A DNA stretch of 50,711 nucleotides, taken from contig NW_021834197.1 in assembly GCF_006345805.1 (NCBI RefSeq), positions 1 through 50,711 on the forward strand, in the 5' to 3' direction. The notes under the pieces were generated by a model, which worked only from the letters and a program-made list of their open reading frames with translations, ran no database searches and was not told the origin of the DNA. The DNA comes from Octopus sinensis (taxonomy: Eukaryota). Within the stretch, counting starts at the first letter, position 1. Every line of letters starts with the position of its first letter. A program made the translations under genes and the position numbers. This document shows, in pieces, positions 46,390-50,711 of the stretch.

Positions 46390-46766
46390 GGAGGTGTAAT
46401 GGCCCAGTGGTTAGGGCAGCGGACTCGCGGTCATAGGATCGCGGTTTCGATTCCCAGACCGAGCATTGTTTATATTGAGCGAAAACACCTAAAGCTCCAC
46501 GAGTCTCCGGCAGGGATGGTGGTGATCCCTGCTGTACTCTTTCACCACAACTTTCTCTCACTCTTACTTCCTGTTTCTGTTGTACCTGTATTTCAAGGGG
46601 CCGGCCTTGTCACTCTCTGTGTCACGCTGAATATCCCTGAGAACTACGTTAAGGGTACACGTGTCTGTGGAGTGCTCAGCCACTTACACGTTAATTTCAC
46701 GACAGGCTGTTCCGTTGATCGGATCAACCGGAACCCTCATCGTCGTAACCGACGGAGTGCTTCCAC
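46389..46766 (+). mobile_element. SINE family D, inverted relative to the 41631 copy
   Basis: TGGCCCAGTGG A-box, GGTTTCGATTCC B-box and tail GACGGAGTGCTTCCAC. Confidence 0.88.
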
Positions 46767-46849
46767 ATATATATATATATATATATATAGATCGATAGAT
46801 AGATAGATAGATAGATAGATACACATCTACATACATACATATATGCACA

Positions 46850-47066
46850 CACACTGGCCGATGCCAGACTCCCTGGCACCTGTGCCGGTGGCATGTAAAA
46901 AGCACCCACTACACTCGTGGAGTGGTTGGCGTTAGGAAGGGCATCCAGCTGTAGAAACACTGCCAGATCAGACTGGAGCCTGGTGCAGCCCCTGGCTTCC
47001 CAGACCCCGGTCGAACCGTCCAACCCGTGCTAGCGCAGAAAATGGACATTAAACGATGATGATGAT
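46850..47066 (+). mobile_element. RTE-type 3'UTR/tail fragment with (GAT)n
   Basis: Reverse complement of the 50568-50684 fragment and similar to 40760-40930. Confidence 0.7.
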
Positions 47067-47210
47067 ATATATATATGTATATATATGTACATATATGTAT
47101 GTAGATGTGTAAGCATGTTTAGATGTATGTGGTGTGTGTGTGTATGTCTGCTTGGATGTATACATATATATGTATGTATGTGTGTGTGTTTATATATATC
47201 TCTTTTCTCT

Positions 47211-47812
47211 TTTCTCTTTTACTTGTTTCAGTCATTTGACTGCGGCCATGCTGGAGCACCGCCTTTTAGTCGAGCAAATCGACCCCAGGACTTATTCTTT
47301 GTAAACCCAGTACTTATTCTATCGGTCTCTTTTGCCGAACCGCTAATTATATACATATATATAATTTCAAACCATATAAAGGCGCAGGAGTGGCTGTGTG
47401 GTAAGTAGCTTGCTAACCAACCACATGGTTGCGGGTTCAGTCCCACTGCGTGGCATCTTGGGCAAGTGTCTTCTGCTATAGCCCCGGGCCGACCAATGCC
47501 TTGTGAGTGGATTTGGTAGACGGAAACTGAAAGAAGCCTGTCGTATATATGTATATATATGTATATATGTATATATATGTATATATATGTGTGTGTGTGT
47601 GTGTGTTTGTGTGTCTGTGTTTGTCCCCCTAGCATTGCTTGACAACCGATGCTGGTGTGTTTACGTCCCCGTCACTTAGCGGTTCGGCAAAAAGAGACCG
47701 ATAGAATAAGTACTGGGCTTACAAAAAGAATAGGTCCCGGGGTCGAGTTGCTCGACTAAAGGCGGTGCTCCAGCATGGCCGCAGTCAAATGACTGAAACA
47801 AATAAAGAGTAA
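47211..47812. mobile_element. SINE-A tail fragment (-) 47211-47346 and full copy (+) 47380-47812
   Basis: Matches the family consensus. Confidence 0.88.
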
Positions 47813-47997
47813 ACTCTTACCCACTCATACACAAACACACACGTATATATTTTTAGGCACACACCCACACATCTCACACACAAAGCATTCCAAAAATAAC
47901 ACACACATTACAATACTCTCTCACACACACACACACTCTGAACTTTATCCCAACTTCGAACATATTATGAAGCCTTCCATTCTTTCTCCTTTCTTCT

Positions 47998-48181
47998 CCA
48001 CCACCACCACCACCACCACCACCATCACCATCACTATTACCACTACCTCCACCACCGCCTCCAACACTACCACCACTACCAACAACAAACAAAACCATCA
48101 CCACTGCTATCATCACCATCATTGCGAATCCCACCATGACCACCACGACCAACACTGCCACCACCACCACCACCACCACTA

Positions 48182-48212
<31 letters not shown>

Positions 48213-48845
48213 AACCATCACCACCAACACCACCACCACCACCACCACCACCACTACTACTACAACCATCATCACAACCACCACCACTACCATCTCTACC
48301 ACAACCACTGCTGCTACCATAACGACTATTACTACTACAAGTACTCCAACCACCACCACCACCACACCACCACCACCACCATCACCACCACCACCGCCGC
48401 CACTGCTGCTGCTACTACTACTACTGCTGCTACCAGCTCCACCACCATCACTACCATCATCATTTATACCATCACCACAACTACTATCTTCACACAAAAC
48501 CATTGCTGTTGTACATGGTGGTGGTGGTGGTGGTGGTGGTGGTGACAGTGGTGGTGTTGATGGTGGTGGTGGTGGTGGTGGTGACAGTGGTGGTGTTGAT
48601 GGTGGTGGTGGTGGTGGTGACAGTGGTGGTGTTGATGGTGGTGGTGGTGGTGGTGGTGACAGTGGTGGTGTTGATGGTGGTGGTGGTGGTGATGGTGGTG
48701 GTATTGGTGGTGGTTTCATTAGTAGTTGTGGTCATGGTGACGATGGAGGCGGTGGTGATATCCATGGCAGTGGCAATTATGATGGTGATGGCAATGATGA
48801 TGGTGGTGGTGGTGGTGGTGGTGGTGGTGGTGGTGGCGGAGGTGG
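47998..48845. repeat. (ACC/ACT)n block followed by (GGT/GAT)n block
   Basis: Read directly from the sequence. Includes a ~35-bp GGTGGT...GACAGTGGTGGTGTTGAT tandem at 48517-48690. Confidence 0.9.
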
Positions 48846-48887
48846 GGGGGGAGGGCTGTTGTTTTTTGCCCCCAGGAAAGTCCTTTG

Positions 48888-48980
48888 GTCATGTGACATG
48901 AAATTTTGACTGAACCAGCTTTGTGCCGTGACTCATCCGTGACGTCATTGTTACACCACTGCCAGCGCCCCCTAGCGGCT
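48888..48980. promoter_or_regulatory. Compact module: M-box, AP-1, CRE and CTCF motif
   Basis: GTCATGTGAC at 48888-48897, TGACTCA at 48929-48935, TGACGTCA at 48940-48947, and minus-strand CCGCTAGGGGGCGC at 48965-48978. Confidence 0.6.
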
Positions 48981-49099
48981 GTATAATGGCTGAACGATCT
49001 AGGTGAGCACACGCTTGTGTATGTATATGTGTGTGTGTGTCTATTGCGCACACACATACACATACACACACTCACTATACAAGTATACATACGTGTCAG

Positions 49100-49146
<47 letters not shown>

Positions 49147-49458
49147 AATTGTTTGTATATATACATATATGTATAAGCGTGTACATATACATAGTATGTA
49201 TATGTATGTGTACATATATATATAAATATACATATATATGTACATATATATATATGATATGTATGTATGTATACACACACACACACATATTCATATGCAC
49301 TTACATAGATAGATATCCAGAAACAAAGACAGACAGACTGAAAGATATACACACATCTACATACTTACATATACATATACATACAATATATATGTACATA
49401 TATATATATATATTATATATATATATATATATACATACATAGATCAATATATGCATAT

Positions 49459-49492
<34 letters not shown>

Positions 49493-49584
49493 GAATACAT
49501 ATACACACATATATATATATACATCATTACACCTAACATACATACATACACATACATACATATACATACATATACTATACATAT

Positions 49585-49629
<45 letters not shown>

Positions 49630-49635
<6 letters not shown>

Positions 49636-49732
49636 TAGAAGATAGTATTAGATAGATAGAAAGATAGTAGAAAGATAGATAGATAGATAGATCGATAGAT
49701 AGATAGACAGACAGACAGACAGATAGATAGAT

Positions 49733-49763
<31 letters not shown>

Positions 49764-49783
49764 AAGAAAGAAAGATAGATAGG

Positions 49784-49851
<68 letters not shown>

Positions 49852-49852
49852 C

Positions 49853-49915
<63 letters not shown>

Positions 49916-49930
49916 GATAGATAGATAAAC
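49630..49930. repeat. (GATA/GACA)n tetranucleotide repeat
   Basis: Read directly from the sequence. Confidence 0.95.
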
Positions 49931-50343
49931 ACAGATTTTCAGATGCCTATGATGTGGAAATGTGCTATCTTCACCAGAATGTTCCCATGAGTATAATATG
50001 ACTTCTGCTTCGCAAATCTCACAAAATCTATGCTAATCCATGCACTTACAATATTATTGCACATTATCATTCATATATATGCATACATACATATATATGT
50101 GTATGTGTGTGTGTGTATATATATATTATATATATATATATATAATATTTATATATATATATATATATCATCATCATAATCGTTTAACGTCGCTTTCCAT
50201 GCTAGCATGGGTTATATATACACATATATACATGTATATAACATATATATATACACATAAGCTTATATATATATATATATACATAAGCTTATATGATATA
50301 TATGTATAAATTAATAAAATAAAAAAATGATGCCAAGGATTCA

Positions 50344-50419
50344 GCGGTTACATATGTTTCGGCCTTATTAGACGGATTATAACAATGCATAATGTGTGTC
50401 TATGGCCTTCTTCAGCCGC
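50344..50419 (-). ncRNA. Hammerhead ribozyme-like motif (type I, CUGAAGA-A variant)
   Basis: Minus strand: gcgg-CUGAAGA-A-GGCC...GGCC-GAA-ACAUAUGU-A-a-ccgc. There is one extra A next to the cleavage site. Confidence 0.6.
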
Positions 50420-50711
50420 GCACAATTACTACCTCAAGGACATGTATTACATCAAAAGTTCTACGTTGGGGATGCAAATCCTCTCTTTCGCGTACGACAT
50501 AATGCGGCAACAGCACAAAAATGAAGCGTCCATCTCGTCCTTCTCTCATGTATATATATGTATATATATATCATCATCATCATCATCATCGTTTAACGTC
50601 CGCTTTCCATGCTAGCATGGGTTGGACGGTTCAACTGGGGTCTGGCAAGCCCGAAGGCTGCACCAGGCCAGTCAGATCTGGCAACACACACACATACACA
50701 CATATAATGTA

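Noticed and set aside
46389-46465. tRNA-like sequences at SINE heads (also SINE-A and SINE-B heads)
   Set aside because: They have A/B boxes but no complete cloverleaf, and they continue into SINE bodies with tails.
47874-48909. Mucin-, extensin- or glycine-rich-looking ORFs
   Set aside because: Trinucleotide repeats open in most frames on both strands, with no splice signals linking them to a gene.
1028-50615. Hundreds of ORFs rich in HT, YI, CV, LS, poly-I, poly-V, poly-P or poly-T
   Set aside because: They are translations of (CA)n, (TA)n, (GATA)n, (ATT)n and (GGT)n microsatellites, with no domain content or splice support.

Overview
This is eukaryotic DNA, very rich in microsatellites and SINEs. 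The repeat style resembles an Octopus/coleoid cephalopod genome (inferred from repeat content, not proven). It holds one protein-coding gene: a + strand MAP-kinase phosphatase, orthologue of DUSP10/MKP5. It has four coding exons (12035-12572, 28191-28370, 30213-30398, 35967-36241) giving 392 aa, with a rhodanese/KIM domain and a DSP catalytic domain (HCQAGVSRS). All three introns are GT-AG and phase 1. Almost every other ORF in the track is a simple-repeat translation artefact. The non-coding DNA contains at least three tRNA-headed SINE families, RTE-LINE 3' ends, a frameshifted Penelope-like element (GIY-YIG) ending in a type I hammerhead ribozyme, a second hammerhead motif, piggyBac-like and other MITEs, foldback hairpins and minisatellites. 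The most interesting signals are: the hammerheads; a roughly 1-kb-spaced series of TGAYGTCA sites in intron 1, two of them coupled to a MEF2 or MEF2-like site at c-jun-promoter spacing; a compact M-box/AP-1/CRE/CTCF module at 48.9 kb; inverted repeats inside intron 1 and bracketing in-frame exon 2; a splice acceptor built on a SINE tail; and a higher-order minisatellite derived from LINE ORF2 codons. No CRISPR, rRNA or true tRNA gene was found. Repeat boundaries are hand-read and approximate unless TSD/TIR coordinates are given, and all counts are manual.
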